64,000 bases of DNA from Verrucomicrobiales bacterium (lineage in GTDB: Bacteria; Verrucomicrobiota; Verrucomicrobiia; Verrucomicrobiales; V1-33): positions 14,345 to 78,344 of the forward strand of contig JANOAV010000038.1 of NCBI GenBank assembly GCA_031411295.1, read 5' to 3'. The notes beneath the pieces were generated by a model, which had not been told where the DNA came from, made no database searches, and was given only the letters and a program-made list of their open reading frames with translations. Both the position numbers and the translations under genes were made by a program. Positions 1 to 9,629 of this stretch are shown one piece after another. Every line of letters begins with the position of its first letter. Within the stretch, counting starts at the first letter, position 1.

Positions 1-732
1 AACAGCGTCTTCCGTCATGCGCAGCGGATTGTGGCGTTGGATCGTTATATGGGGAAGCATGTGGTGGAGCGGGGGGCAGCGCAGGAGGCCGTGAGCGTGC
101 TGCCAGTGTGGCCAGTAATGAGCGAGGTCTGGCGGGGAACGCGCCTCGACAATCCGTTTCGGCAGGCGCAGGGATTCGGGGATAAATTCGTCATCATGTA
201 TTCCGGCAACCACGCGGTGGTGCATCCGCTGGATACCTTGCTGCAGGCGGCGTTGCGGTTGCGCGAGGATGATCGTTTCCTGTTCGTTTTCATTGGCGGC
301 GGCGTGCGAACCAAGGACGTCCGGGAGTTCGCAGCGCAGCACCAATTGACTAACATCGTGCAATTGCCCTATCAGCCGCGGGAAATGATTCATTTTTCAC
401 TGGGGTCAGCGGACCTGCACGTGGTGATCATGGGGGATGGACAGGTGGGGCACACGCATCCGAACAAAGTTTATGGGGCCATGTTCATCGGGCGACCGTT
501 CGTTTACATTGGCCCCAGCCCGAGCCACGTGACAGATTTGATGGACGCCTGCGCGGGAAATCTACGCGTTTGCCATGGCGAAGCGGATGCTCTGGTCGCG
601 GAGTTGAGGAGATTCTGCGCTGCGGGCGAATCGCACTGGAAGCAAGTGGGCGATGGAAATGAAATTTACGCCCAAGCCAACTTAAATCCGTCCGTCCTTA
701 TTCCTGAAATGGCGCGACTGGTGGTGAATTGA
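1..732 (+). CDS. Glycosyltransferase (GT-B/GT4, WcaI-like), C-terminal portion; the gene starts upstream of the window
   Basis: The frame is open from nt 1 (NSVFRHAQRIVALDRYMG...), so the ORF-track GTG at 31 is not the true start. 'FVIMYSGNH...FLFVFIGGG...LPYQPRE' resembles the C-terminal Rossmann half of GT4 enzymes. Sits in a GT/O-antigen-ligase neighbourhood. Confidence 0.6.
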   Translation, partial: NSVFRHAQRIVALDRYMGKHVVERGAAQEAVSVLPVWPVMSEVWRGTRLDNPFRQAQGFGDKFVIMYSGNHAVVHPLDTLLQAALRLREDDRFLFVFIGGGVRTKDVREFAAQHQLTNIVQLPYQPREMIHFSLGSADLHVVIMGDGQVGHTHPNKVYGAMFIGRPFVYIGPSPSHVTDLMDACAGNLRVCHGEADALVAELRRFCAAGESHWKQVGDGNEIYAQANLNPSVLIPEMARLVVN

Positions 733-812
733 CGCCTGATTACGACCGAATCTGCTCAGACAACGAACATTTAGGACTAGCCAAGCGGCTACTCCCCAGC
801 AATATTCCGGGC

Positions 813-2933
813 ATGTCTGACCACAACATGCCCACCACTGACCAACCAGAGAGCCGTCGCTCCTCTCGGTTGGTCTTTTTTGTTCTTTGGCTACTCATCC
901 TGAGCGCCCTGCTCTTTCCTGCGGCCCCGGTGCTGGGATTGCATGGCGGATTGCTGGGTGGACTTGGCGTCTTGATGATTTTGCTCCCCCCCCAGGCGCG
1001 ACTGCCGAAATGGATGTTCGTGGTGGCCGGACTGTTTGTGGCGCTTTCGGCGGCGGCGTTTTTGCCGAAGGCTTGGTTTGCGATTAGTGCTTGGCGGCAG
1101 GGGTTGGATGCGGCGGGTTTGGATACTGGAAACAAGGTTACCGCGCATGCGGCGCAGTCTTGGTGGCAGTGGGTGCAACTCTGCGGTGTGGTGATTGGGG
1201 CAATCTACATTTTAGGGCACCGGGTGACAGATCGCGTTCACTTGTGGTTCCATTGCTTGTTTTCATCCGCAGTGGCGGTGATGGCGGTCCTCGCCATCGC
1301 AGCGCAGTCGCAGGGCTGGGAATGGCCCTGGGATAGCGATCCCAGTTTTGGGTTCTTTCCCAATCGGAATCACACTGCCACCGTCCTGGCGATGGGTGGG
1401 CTCACGGCCTTGGGAGGTTTGTTCCACTCCGTTCGTTCCAAACAACATCTCCTGGCGGGGCTGGCATCGCTTAATTTATGTTTGTGCAGCGGGGCCGCAG
1501 TGGCGTTCAGTCCCAGTCGGGCCGGCATCCTCTTGCTGGTGCTTGGGGGCCTCGTGTGGCTGGCAGGATTGGGGAAGCGCTATTTTTCCAAGAAACTCAT
1601 CGGGGCCAGCGTGGGGATCGCGGGGTTGGGGGTGGTGCTCTTCTTTATGCTGGGAGGTGAGGTCAGGGACCGGCTCGCGAAGACCGCTGAGCGAGTTCAA
1701 GTTAGTATGAACCAAGATCCGACCGCATCAGCACAGGCCAATCAGAATGATTCGACGGCGGATTTCCGCCTGCTGATTTTCAAGGACGCGTGGAGCATGA
1801 TCCGACAGGAGCCGCCGACGGGGGTGGGGATGGGCATGTTCGGCTACGTTTTCCCGCAATATCGCAACGCCTCTGCCTCGGGCGCGCTCTGCGTGCATCC
1901 GGAGAGCGACTGGCTGATGCTGGCTGGCGAGCAAGGGTGGCTGACGGCCTTGCTCTTGGCGGGTGGGGTGGTCGCGCTGCTGAGTTGGGCCGTGAGAATG
2001 GCATGGAATCGGCATGGGTGGTCGCTGCGTTGGAATGGTATCGTGGCGGCGGGGTTGCTGCCACTGCATGGCCTGTTCGATGTTCCAGGACATCGCTGGG
2101 GCATCGTGCTGGGAGCCGTGTTTTTACTTAGCCTCACTTTACGAGAGGGGCATCGCGCTGAAGCACTCGGCTCCCTGGGGAAAATGATCTGGCGTGGGAT
2201 CGGCGTGATCGTGCTCGGTTGCGGAGGCCTGTTTCTGCTGGCGCAGGGTAATGCGGCGGGCGGGAATGCGTTGACACAGCCCGAATATTTGCAGCATCAG
2301 GCTAAAGCGCTGTATGCACAAGACGTGGCTGAACGAGACATCACACCGCCGCCCGACCCCGAGGGACTGAAATTGGAAAAGGCCATCGAATTGCTGGGCG
2401 AGGCCTCGAAGATGGCCCCGCTGGACCCGGATCTCCACTACCTGCGGGGGTATTTGGCATTAAATTTTACCGATGAGAAATTCGTTGCCATGAGGGATCA
2501 GGAATTCGATTGGCAACGCCGGCTCGCTCCCTTGTGGGTGCAGATTCCAATGCGTCAGGCCGAAGTGTATGCGCCCATCGACGCAAAAAAGACAATGGTG
2601 CTATGGGAGGACGGGCTGCGCAGGGCAGAGATCATGAAGGAACTCGGGCCCGGCACGGATTGGGAACGAGTCCATGTGATCGAGCGCGCCATTTATCAAT
2701 CCTACAAAGCCGACGATACGCTGAAAGCTGCAGCTCTGGAGTTGGCCAAGACGGATGCTAGGGAGTTCGTCGTGTGGTCTCACAACGGAAATCTGGAACA
2801 GCTCAATCAATTGATTCCGGAGACCCTTGGGAAGCTGAAATTTAGTCCTGAGCAACGGGAAACATTACTCAAAATCTGGACGGATAAGGGCGGGGCCGAG
2901 GCCGTGACGAAATACCGTGCGGAGCATCCGTAA
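813..2933 (+). CDS. O-antigen ligase/polymerase family (Wzy_C-like) polytopic membrane protein with a C-terminal soluble helical extension
   Basis: About 10 hydrophobic helices, and 'HPESDWLMLAGEQGWLTALLL' matches the Wzy_C loop (H..s..L....e.G..G). The ORF track starts at TTG 729, overlapping the upstream stop; the first ATG (MSDHNMP...) is at 813. The start is uncertain. Confidence 0.6.
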   Translation: MSDHNMPTTDQPESRRSSRLVFFVLWLLILSALLFPAAPVLGLHGGLLGGLGVLMILLPPQARLPKWMFVVAGLFVALSAAAFLPKAWFAISAWRQGLDAAGLDTGNKVTAHAAQSWWQWVQLCGVVIGAIYILGHRVTDRVHLWFHCLFSSAVAVMAVLAIAAQSQGWEWPWDSDPSFGFFPNRNHTATVLAMGGLTALGGLFHSVRSKQHLLAGLASLNLCLCSGAAVAFSPSRAGILLLVLGGLVWLAGLGKRYFSKKLIGASVGIAGLGVVLFFMLGGEVRDRLAKTAERVQVSMNQDPTASAQANQNDSTADFRLLIFKDAWSMIRQEPPTGVGMGMFGYVFPQYRNASASGALCVHPESDWLMLAGEQGWLTALLLAGGVVALLSWAVRMAWNRHGWSLRWNGIVAAGLLPLHGLFDVPGHRWGIVLGAVFLLSLTLREGHRAEALGSLGKMIWRGIGVIVLGCGGLFLLAQGNAAGGNALTQPEYLQHQAKALYAQDVAERDITPPPDPEGLKLEKAIELLGEASKMAPLDPDLHYLRGYLALNFTDEKFVAMRDQEFDWQRRLAPLWVQIPMRQAEVYAPIDAKKTMVLWEDGLRRAEIMKELGPGTDWERVHVIERAIYQSYKADDTLKAAALELAKTDAREFVVWSHNGNLEQLNQLIPETLGKLKFSPEQRETLLKIWTDKGGAEAVTKYRAEHP

Positions 2934-3074
2934 CTCCTCCGCCCAATGGGTGGAGTGCGAGTTGGGCGTGGCGTAATGCGGGGTCTCCTGACGTCGCCCT
3001 CCACGTTGGAGTCCCTGAGTTTTGGTGAAAATTTGGTTGCCGCAGCCTCACTCTGCCCGCATGGAATAAATCCC

Positions 3075-3785
3075 ATGCTGCCCGTTGACGACCCACCCTC
3101 GCTTGATCTTTCCCTCGTAATTCCTCTTTATAATGAAGAGGAGAATGTAGTGCGTCTGGTGGAAGAAGTCTGTGGGGTGCTGGCCGGACGGAATTTCGAA
3201 CTGGTGCTGGTGGATGATGGCTCCAGTGATGCCACCATCGCTAACATCCCGCAACGTCCCGAGGTTAGAGTCGTGGCCTTCGCCAAGAATGCGGGGCAGA
3301 GTGCGGCCATGTATGCCGGCGTTTATTTGGCCAAGGGGCGGGTCATCGCGTTGATGGATGGGGATCTGCAGAATGATCCGGCTGATTTACCGAAGCTGCT
3401 GGATGAAATTGATAAAGGCTACGATCTCGTTTGCGGCTACCGCGCCAAACGGAAAGACACGACATTCAAACGCATCCAGAGCCGCATCGCGAACTTCGTG
3501 CGGAGTCGTTTCACAGGCGATGGGGTCAGGGATACGGGTTGCAGCTTGAAAGCAATGAGACGCGAGTGTCGCGAAGCGTTGGTGCCATTCAAAGGCATGC
3601 ACCGGTTCATCCCCGCGCTTATCAAAGGCATGGGTTATAAGATCACTGAGTTGCCCGTGAACCATCGGCCCCGCACTGCCGGAGTCAGCAAATATGGCTT
3701 TGGGAATCGCGCCTTGCAGGCCACGCGAGACATGTTCGGCGTGAAATGGCTCCTGAGCAGACAGTTCAAGATACGGCTAAAATAA
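3075..3785 (+). CDS. Family-2 glycosyltransferase (polyprenyl-phosphate sugar transferase, DPM1/ArnC-like)
   Basis: 'LSLVIPLYNEEENV', 'LVLVDDGSSD' and the 'MDGDLQNDP' DxD motif. ATG at 3075 chosen because the GT-A core begins about 10 aa later; the ORF-track start at 2946 adds a non-conserved leader. Confidence 0.85.
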   Translation: MLPVDDPPSLDLSLVIPLYNEEENVVRLVEEVCGVLAGRNFELVLVDDGSSDATIANIPQRPEVRVVAFAKNAGQSAAMYAGVYLAKGRVIALMDGDLQNDPADLPKLLDEIDKGYDLVCGYRAKRKDTTFKRIQSRIANFVRSRFTGDGVRDTGCSLKAMRRECREALVPFKGMHRFIPALIKGMGYKITELPVNHRPRTAGVSKYGFGNRALQATRDMFGVKWLLSRQFKIRLK

Positions 3786-4090
3786 CCGTGATACATGATG
3801 CCGGGCAGGCTGACCGGGTTTGGTAACACCGGGCCTCGGCTGACTTGGGCGAGACCCGCTCTACCGCGCAAAACGTATCCTAGCGATCCTTCGGAACGAC
3901 GGGAAGTTTTGGCTTTTCTTTCTTGGGCTTTTTCGTTTCCTTTTTGTGCGCGTTGTTTCCTTTGGCCATGGTAGTGTGGGATGTTAGTTCCAGCGCAGCC
4001 CTGCTCTGAGGGAAACTTTGCTGGTATGGGGGGAGTTTGTCTTATCCGAATGAGATGAGCAACTGATATCTCTTCGACTCCGCAGCCGAA

Positions 4091-4135
4091 CCTGAGCAAA
4101 ACAAATGCCCAGAACCTGACGGGCAGGCTCTGGGC
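4091..4135 (-). terminator. Putative intrinsic terminator downstream of pfkA
   Basis: On the minus strand: GCCCAGAgCCTG-cccgt-CAGGtTCTGGGC, an 11-bp stem with one internal mismatch (4107-4135 in plus coordinates), followed by ATTTGTTTTG. Lies 32 nt after the pfkA stop. Confidence 0.45.
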
Positions 4136-4166
4136 TTAAAATCAGCAGGGGCTGAAATAGTTCCCA

Positions 4167-5252
4167 CTAGTTATGGCTGTCCCCGAAGGAAATGCCGACG
4201 GCGCGCGCAGCCATGACGACTTCACTGTCGTTCTGCACTAACTTGGTTTGCTTGACCGCCTCTGCGATGGGCACGGAATCGACATGATAGGATTGGTAAC
4301 TCACCATGTGCCCGAACTTGCCTTCCTTGATAAGGTTTACAGCCATCACCCCGAAGCGCACCCCGAGGATCCGATCCAAGGCCGTGGGGGCGCCACCGCG
4401 TTGCAGGTGACCCAGCACGCAGGCCCGGGTTTGCTTGCCAGTAAGGCGTTGCACTTCATAAGCCACGGTATCGCCCGCTCCCCCCAGTTTGTTTTCCCGG
4501 GTTTCACTCACTTCTTTGTAAAATGGTTTGTTGGTGCCCGGTTGCTTCACGCCCTCTGCCACCACAATCAGAGTGCTGTGGAGTCCTTGGCTGCTGCGGG
4601 CTTTGATGGTTTCCGCCACACTTTCATAAGTGAAGGGAATTTCCGGCAATAAAATAATATCAGCTCCGCCAGCGATGCCGCCGTGCAGGGCGATCCACCC
4701 GGCATCACGCCCCATCACTTCGAGGACCATGACACGCTTATGACTATCGGCGGTCGTGTGGAGTCGGTCTAGTGAATCGACCACGCTGTGCACGGCCGAG
4801 TCGAATCCAAAGGTCATGGCGGTGGCCTGCAAATCATTATCAATCGTCTTGGGCACGCCTACAATAGGAATGCCGTTGTCCAATAACTGGAGGCCGGTGG
4901 TCAGGGAGCCATCGCCACCGATGACGATCAGCGCGCGAATTTCCAAAAGTTTCAGCGTGGCCTTCGCTTTGTCGATGTTTTCCTGGGGGATCTGATTGAC
5001 GACGCCACCGGAAGTCTTCCCGGCAAAATTTCCTTCATTGACCGTGCCCAGAATGGTGCCACCAAGTTTTAGAATTCCGGCGGTGCTGCGAGGGTTGAGC
5101 ACGGTGTAGTCGCCCGGAGGCAGCAGTCCCTCGAAACCGTCACGGAAGCCGATGACTTCCCAGCCTAGTTTATCGGCTGCCCCGACGACTCCGTGGAGCA
5201 CGGCGTTTAATCCGGGGCAGTCGCCACCGCTGTTGAGGACTCCGATGCGCAT
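4167..5252 (-). CDS. pfkA: 6-phosphofructokinase (PfkA family; ATP versus PPi specificity not resolvable by eye)
   Basis: 'MRIGVLNSGGDCPGLNAV', 'IGGDGS', 'VGVPKTIDND', 'MGRDAGWIAL'. Gly in GGDGS but Lys in PKTIDND gives a mixed specificity signature. Start set at the ATG (5252) immediately before the conserved N-terminus. Confidence 0.9.
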   Translation of the reverse strand: MRIGVLNSGGDCPGLNAVLHGVVGAADKLGWEVIGFRDGFEGLLPPGDYTVLNPRSTAGILKLGGTILGTVNEGNFAGKTSGGVVNQIPQENIDKAKATLKLLEIRALIVIGGDGSLTTGLQLLDNGIPIVGVPKTIDNDLQATAMTFGFDSAVHSVVDSLDRLHTTADSHKRVMVLEVMGRDAGWIALHGGIAGGADIILLPEIPFTYESVAETIKARSSQGLHSTLIVVAEGVKQPGTNKPFYKEVSETRENKLGGAGDTVAYEVQRLTGKQTRACVLGHLQRGGAPTALDRILGVRFGVMAVNLIKEGKFGHMVSYQSYHVDSVPIAEAVKQTKLVQNDSEVVMAARAVGISFGDSHN

Positions 5253-5309
5253 GCTGTCTTTAGTTGTAATCACGTCTAGGTTGGGGGGGTAGTCTGCCAG
5301 CATGGGCTG

Positions 5310-6341
5310 CTAGCGAGAGGGGATTGTGGTCGGTAGGGAAAGGAGTTCGCCAGCGGTGGCCACTTGGCGGCCGCCTGCCTGCCAGGCATCATAGCTGGCC
5401 CAACCTTGCTGTAGCAATTGTTGTGCCTGATTGAAGCGATCTGATGCTCCCAATTCGACCACCACGAGGCGATGCGGGACGACCAACGTGCTGCCATCCG
5501 CTTGTTTTACGACCGTGGCCGGGCGGGGAGCTGTAATGATCAGACAGGGGCCGGCGGCATTGGTGGTGCCGGTCTTAACTCCATCGATGCGATCCTTACC
5601 CAGCAACTCGTTGGTGTTGGTGACGATGAAGGACTTGGCCACTCCGCCGGTGCGATAGCTCACTTTGCGCGTCTTCTGGCCCACGAAGAAATTGAAGTCA
5701 CCCTTATTGATCGCATGCATCGTGAGTCGAGCCATGTCAGCCGCGGTTGAGGTGCCCACGCCTCCGACGTCCAAGCCATGAGGATTGGTAAACCGCGTTT
5801 GATTCATCCCCAAGGTGCTGGCGAGGGCATTCATCTGGGTGACGAAGGCTCCGAGGGGCGATCCGCCCTGGCCGGTGAGTTGCAGGATCTTCGCTCCGAC
5901 ATGCTGCGCCAGGGCCTCGGCGGCAAAATTATCGGACCCCATCAACGCGCAGTGCAAAGCGTCCCGGATGCTCATTTGGTCACCGGGTTGGAGATTCAGT
6001 GCGCTGTTGCCCAGCAGTTGCACTGTGGGCGGAACGACCAAGGCTTCATCCAACGAACCTCGGGAGGTGGCGATGGTATCCAAGACCACAATAGCTGTGG
6101 CGATTTTGGTTAAGCTGGCGATCGGACGGCGTTGATCGGCGTTATGTGAGAGCACTACTTTCCGATCGTGGGTATCACAAACGACGTAGCTCACGATACC
6201 GGGAAAAACCGGGCCGATCTCAGGGACGGAACTGCCGCCGCCAGCCAGCAAGCCTTGACAGCCAGTTCCAAGGAGGGAGAGCGCAGCAACGGCACTGAGG
6301 AGGCAGGTAGTGAAGAGTGGTTTCATAAAGGTTGGGAACAT
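5310..6341 (-). CDS. D-alanyl-D-alanine carboxypeptidase (serine peptidase S11, PBP5/6-like)
   Basis: Signal peptide plus the three class-A PBP motifs: SLTK (SxxK), 'GSDN' (SxN) and 'KTGTT' (KTG). Confidence 0.85.
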   Translation of the reverse strand: MFPTFMKPLFTTCLLSAVAALSLLGTGCQGLLAGGGSSVPEIGPVFPGIVSYVVCDTHDRKVVLSHNADQRRPIASLTKIATAIVVLDTIATSRGSLDEALVVPPTVQLLGNSALNLQPGDQMSIRDALHCALMGSDNFAAEALAQHVGAKILQLTGQGGSPLGAFVTQMNALASTLGMNQTRFTNPHGLDVGGVGTSTAADMARLTMHAINKGDFNFFVGQKTRKVSYRTGGVAKSFIVTNTNELLGKDRIDGVKTGTTNAAGPCLIITAPRPATVVKQADGSTLVVPHRLVVVELGASDRFNQAQQLLQQGWASYDAWQAGGRQVATAGELLSLPTTIPSR

Positions 6342-6609
6342 ATTCGAAGGGGCACCTTATCGAGCGATTTTCAAAAGGCAACCATCGGAAAGTCAGGATT
6401 TTGCCGAATCATCTTAGCCGAAATTTGGAGATGCCTTCATCACCAGGGTGCGGGGGCAGACCAAACCCAGTGCTCTGTTTGGGTAATGGAGGTTATTCCG
6501 GCTTTTTAGCTTTTTATATTGCAGACGGCACCCGATGGGGCCGGACGCATCCTTTTTGGGGGATGACCAAAAACTTGCACTCTGAGCAAGGCTTTTCATA
6601 GTATGATTC

Positions 6610-9609
6610 GTGCTCCATCCACTCCCGCTCCACTACGTTGCCTTGTTGTCTCTCCTGCTCTTGTTCCCCAAGAACGCGGGAGCCGGCACGATCAAATTTA
6701 ATCGCGATGTGCGGACGCTGCTGTCGGACCGCTGTTTCCAGTGTCATGGGCCGGATGAAAAGAAGCGGGAGGGGAAACTTCGCTTGGATACTTTCGAAGG
6801 AGCCACGGGCAAGGCCAAGAGCGGGGCGACGGCCATTGTGCCAGGCCAACCGGAGCAGAGTGAGTTCATGAAACGCATCCTAACGCACGATCTCGTGGAT
6901 GTGATGCCGCCTCCGAAGACCAAGAAGACTCCGTTTACCGAAGCGGAAGTGGCCACCTTGAAACAGTGGATTCAAGAAGGGGCCAGCTACGAAGGACATT
7001 GGGCCTTCCAGCCGCTGCCATCGGTGCGGGTGCCCGTCCTGGAACCGAGCTTGGCGGGGAAAAATGAAATCGATGCGTTCATCCGGGAGCGCCTGACGAA
7101 GGAAGGGCTCACGCCTTCGGCTGAGGCGGATCGCGCGACGTTGCTGCGACGTCTCAGCTTGGATCTCATCGGACTGCTGCCATCCCCGGCAGAGGTCGAG
7201 GCCTTTGTTAAAGATCAGTCACCCAATGCTTATGAGAAATGTGTTGATCGGCTGCTGGCCAGTCCCCACTATGGCGAGCGCTGGGGTCGGCACTGGTTGG
7301 ATCAGGCGCGGTATGCCGATTCGGATGGCTACAGCATTGATGCGGAACGTCCCATGTGGCCGTATCGGGATTGGGTCATCAAGGCGCTGAACGATGATCT
7401 GCCCTTCGATCAATTCACCATTGAGCAACTGGCGGGGGACTTACTCCCTCAAGCCACCAAGGCTCAGCGCGTGGCCACTGCCTTCCATCGGAACACGTTG
7501 ATCAACTCCGAGGGTGGGGTGGACCCCGAACAGTATCGCATCGAAGCGGTGGTGGATCGCGTCAATACCACGGGAGCCGTGTGGATGGGGCTGACGATGG
7601 GCTGTGCGCAATGCCATACCCACAAGTATGATCCTATTTCCCATCAGGAATACTATCAGATGTTCACGTTCTTCAACACCTGCACGGATCGCAATGACAA
7701 GGGCGCCACCCTGCCCATGGCTCCAGGGGAAGTATTCGGCACCACCCCGCCGCCCGCTGCGCTGCCCCAGACCGAGTGGGAGGCGACTGCGCGGAAGCGA
7801 CTAGCAGAGGCGATCACGCCTGGCGCTGGGGCCTTGAAAGCGGATTGGAAGGCGGTCAACCTCGTGGACTACGACACCGCCACTGGAGCGGGATTCGTCA
7901 AGCTGCCGGACAACTCGCTGCTCTCCGACGGGAAAGGTTCCTTCAATGATACCTATCGCGTTTCGTTCACCAGCAGCTTGGGCAAAGTGGCCTCCATCCG
8001 GCTCCGTGCCCTAACGCACGAATCCCTCCCCAAGCAGGGCCCGGGTCGGGCGGGGAATGGAAATTTCGTCCTCACGAAAGTGGAAGTCAGCCAGGGCGGC
8101 AAACCTGTGGCGGTGCAGGCGGCCATGGCGGATCATGAGCAACCAGAGTTTGCGGTAGCCGGTGTGCTGGACGACAATGCCCGCACTGGCTGGGCGATTA
8201 ATGTGGCCGCCGGGAGCAAGGCGCGCATGAACGCGGAGCATGAGGCGGTGTTGCTGCTGCAATCCCCCGTGGATGCGCGCAAGGAGCCGTTGGAGGTGAA
8301 ACTTTATCATGAGCTGAATCAGAATTATTTGCTGGGTCGGTTCGCACTGGAGGCAGCGGAAGATCAACCGAAATCCATCCTGTCAGCAGGCGATACGATG
8401 CTGCTGGAAGCGCTTAAAACCCCAGAAAAATCCCGCAATGCCCAGCAACGGAAATTGCTGGCTACCGCCTATGGCAAAGCCAAAAGCGAGTCCCAACCCA
8501 AAGGCACGGCTGCGCTGATGGTGATGGAGGAAATGCCCACCCCACGGCCAACGCATCTGCTGCAACGGGGTGATTTCACCCGGCCGGACCTGGCTGGAGG
8601 AGCCATGTCCCCCGGGGTCTTGGCGGCGGTGGCAAGGGCGATGCCAGCTGGCCCCACCGAGTTCAAGAACCGCCTGGACCTGGCACGATGGCTGGTCCAT
8701 CCGCAGAATCCACTAACGCCACGGGTGACGGTTAATCGGATCTGGATGCACTTGTTCACCCGCGGACTGGTGGAGACAGAAGAGGACTTCGGCACCCAAG
8801 GCACGCCCCCATCCCATCCGGAATTATTGGACTGGCTGGCGAGTCATTTCATCAAGGATGGCTGGTCGATCAAGCAGTTGCTGCGCACCATCGTGACCAG
8901 TGCGACGTATCGGCAAAGCTCCGTCGGCAGGGCAGACGTGGCGGAGCGCGATCCGCGAAATTTACTGCTAGCCCGCCAGGAGCGCACGCGCGTGGAGGCC
9001 GAGATCATTCGTGATGCGGCCTTGACTGCCAGCGGCTTGCTGGACCCCACCATCGGTGGTCCCAGCGTCTTCCCGGTGCAGCCTGAAGGCGTCTATGCCT
9101 TCACGCAAAATGCCAAGAAATGGCAGGTGAGCGAGGGCACCGGCCGTTTCCGCCGGGGGCTCTACACGACGTTTTATCGCAGTGCCGCCCACCCGCTCTT
9201 CAGCACCTTCGATGCCCCGGATTTCCAAACGACGTGCACCCGCCGGGGCAGATCCAACACCCCGCTGCAGGCGCTGATGATGGCGAACAATGGAGCCTTC
9301 CTCGAACTGGCCCGCGGCTTGGCCGGTCGTTTGCTCAAGGATCTTCCCGGTCCCTTTGCCGCGCAACTCGACGCTCGCATCAGCCGCGCTTTCCTGCTCT
9401 GCGTGAGTCGGGAACCAACCGCCGCCGAGCGCACTGCCTTGCACGAGGCGCTGTTAGGATTGCTGCAAACGTTCACCAAGAACCCGACGGAAGCCGCCGC
9501 GTTGCTGGATGCCGCCATGCCGATTGCCGCCCCTCCCGCTGAGGCGGCTGCGCTCACCAGTCTGGCGCGCATTCTTTTTAACAGCGATAATTTCCTCACC
9601 CGCGAATAG
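6610..9609 (+). CDS. PSD1-type protein: planctomycete cytochrome-c domain + DUF1549 + DUF1553
   Basis: GTG start, signal peptide, and 'CFQCHGPDEKKREGKLRLD' (PSCyt1 CxxCH). Also 'SPHYGERWGRHWLDQARYADS' (DUF1549), a second 'CAQCHTHKYDP', and C-terminal DUF1553-like 'PxxTxNRIWxxxFGxGLV'. Confidence 0.85.
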   Translation: MLHPLPLHYVALLSLLLLFPKNAGAGTIKFNRDVRTLLSDRCFQCHGPDEKKREGKLRLDTFEGATGKAKSGATAIVPGQPEQSEFMKRILTHDLVDVMPPPKTKKTPFTEAEVATLKQWIQEGASYEGHWAFQPLPSVRVPVLEPSLAGKNEIDAFIRERLTKEGLTPSAEADRATLLRRLSLDLIGLLPSPAEVEAFVKDQSPNAYEKCVDRLLASPHYGERWGRHWLDQARYADSDGYSIDAERPMWPYRDWVIKALNDDLPFDQFTIEQLAGDLLPQATKAQRVATAFHRNTLINSEGGVDPEQYRIEAVVDRVNTTGAVWMGLTMGCAQCHTHKYDPISHQEYYQMFTFFNTCTDRNDKGATLPMAPGEVFGTTPPPAALPQTEWEATARKRLAEAITPGAGALKADWKAVNLVDYDTATGAGFVKLPDNSLLSDGKGSFNDTYRVSFTSSLGKVASIRLRALTHESLPKQGPGRAGNGNFVLTKVEVSQGGKPVAVQAAMADHEQPEFAVAGVLDDNARTGWAINVAAGSKARMNAEHEAVLLLQSPVDARKEPLEVKLYHELNQNYLLGRFALEAAEDQPKSILSAGDTMLLEALKTPEKSRNAQQRKLLATAYGKAKSESQPKGTAALMVMEEMPTPRPTHLLQRGDFTRPDLAGGAMSPGVLAAVARAMPAGPTEFKNRLDLARWLVHPQNPLTPRVTVNRIWMHLFTRGLVETEEDFGTQGTPPSHPELLDWLASHFIKDGWSIKQLLRTIVTSATYRQSSVGRADVAERDPRNLLLARQERTRVEAEIIRDAALTASGLLDPTIGGPSVFPVQPEGVYAFTQNAKKWQVSEGTGRFRRGLYTTFYRSAAHPLFSTFDAPDFQTTCTRRGRSNTPLQALMMANNGAFLELARGLAGRLLKDLPGPFAAQLDARISRAFLLCVSREPTAAERTALHEALLGLLQTFTKNPTEAAALLDAAMPIAAPPAEAAALTSLARILFNSDNFLTRE

Positions 9610-9629
9610 CCTCAACGCTGATCCAAGCC

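Noticed and set aside
3635-4099. 154-aa minus-strand ORF in the GT2/pfkA intergenic region
   Set aside because: It overlaps the 3' end of the GT2 gene and runs through the putative pfkA terminator. Its composition is unlike neighbouring genes and it has no motifs.
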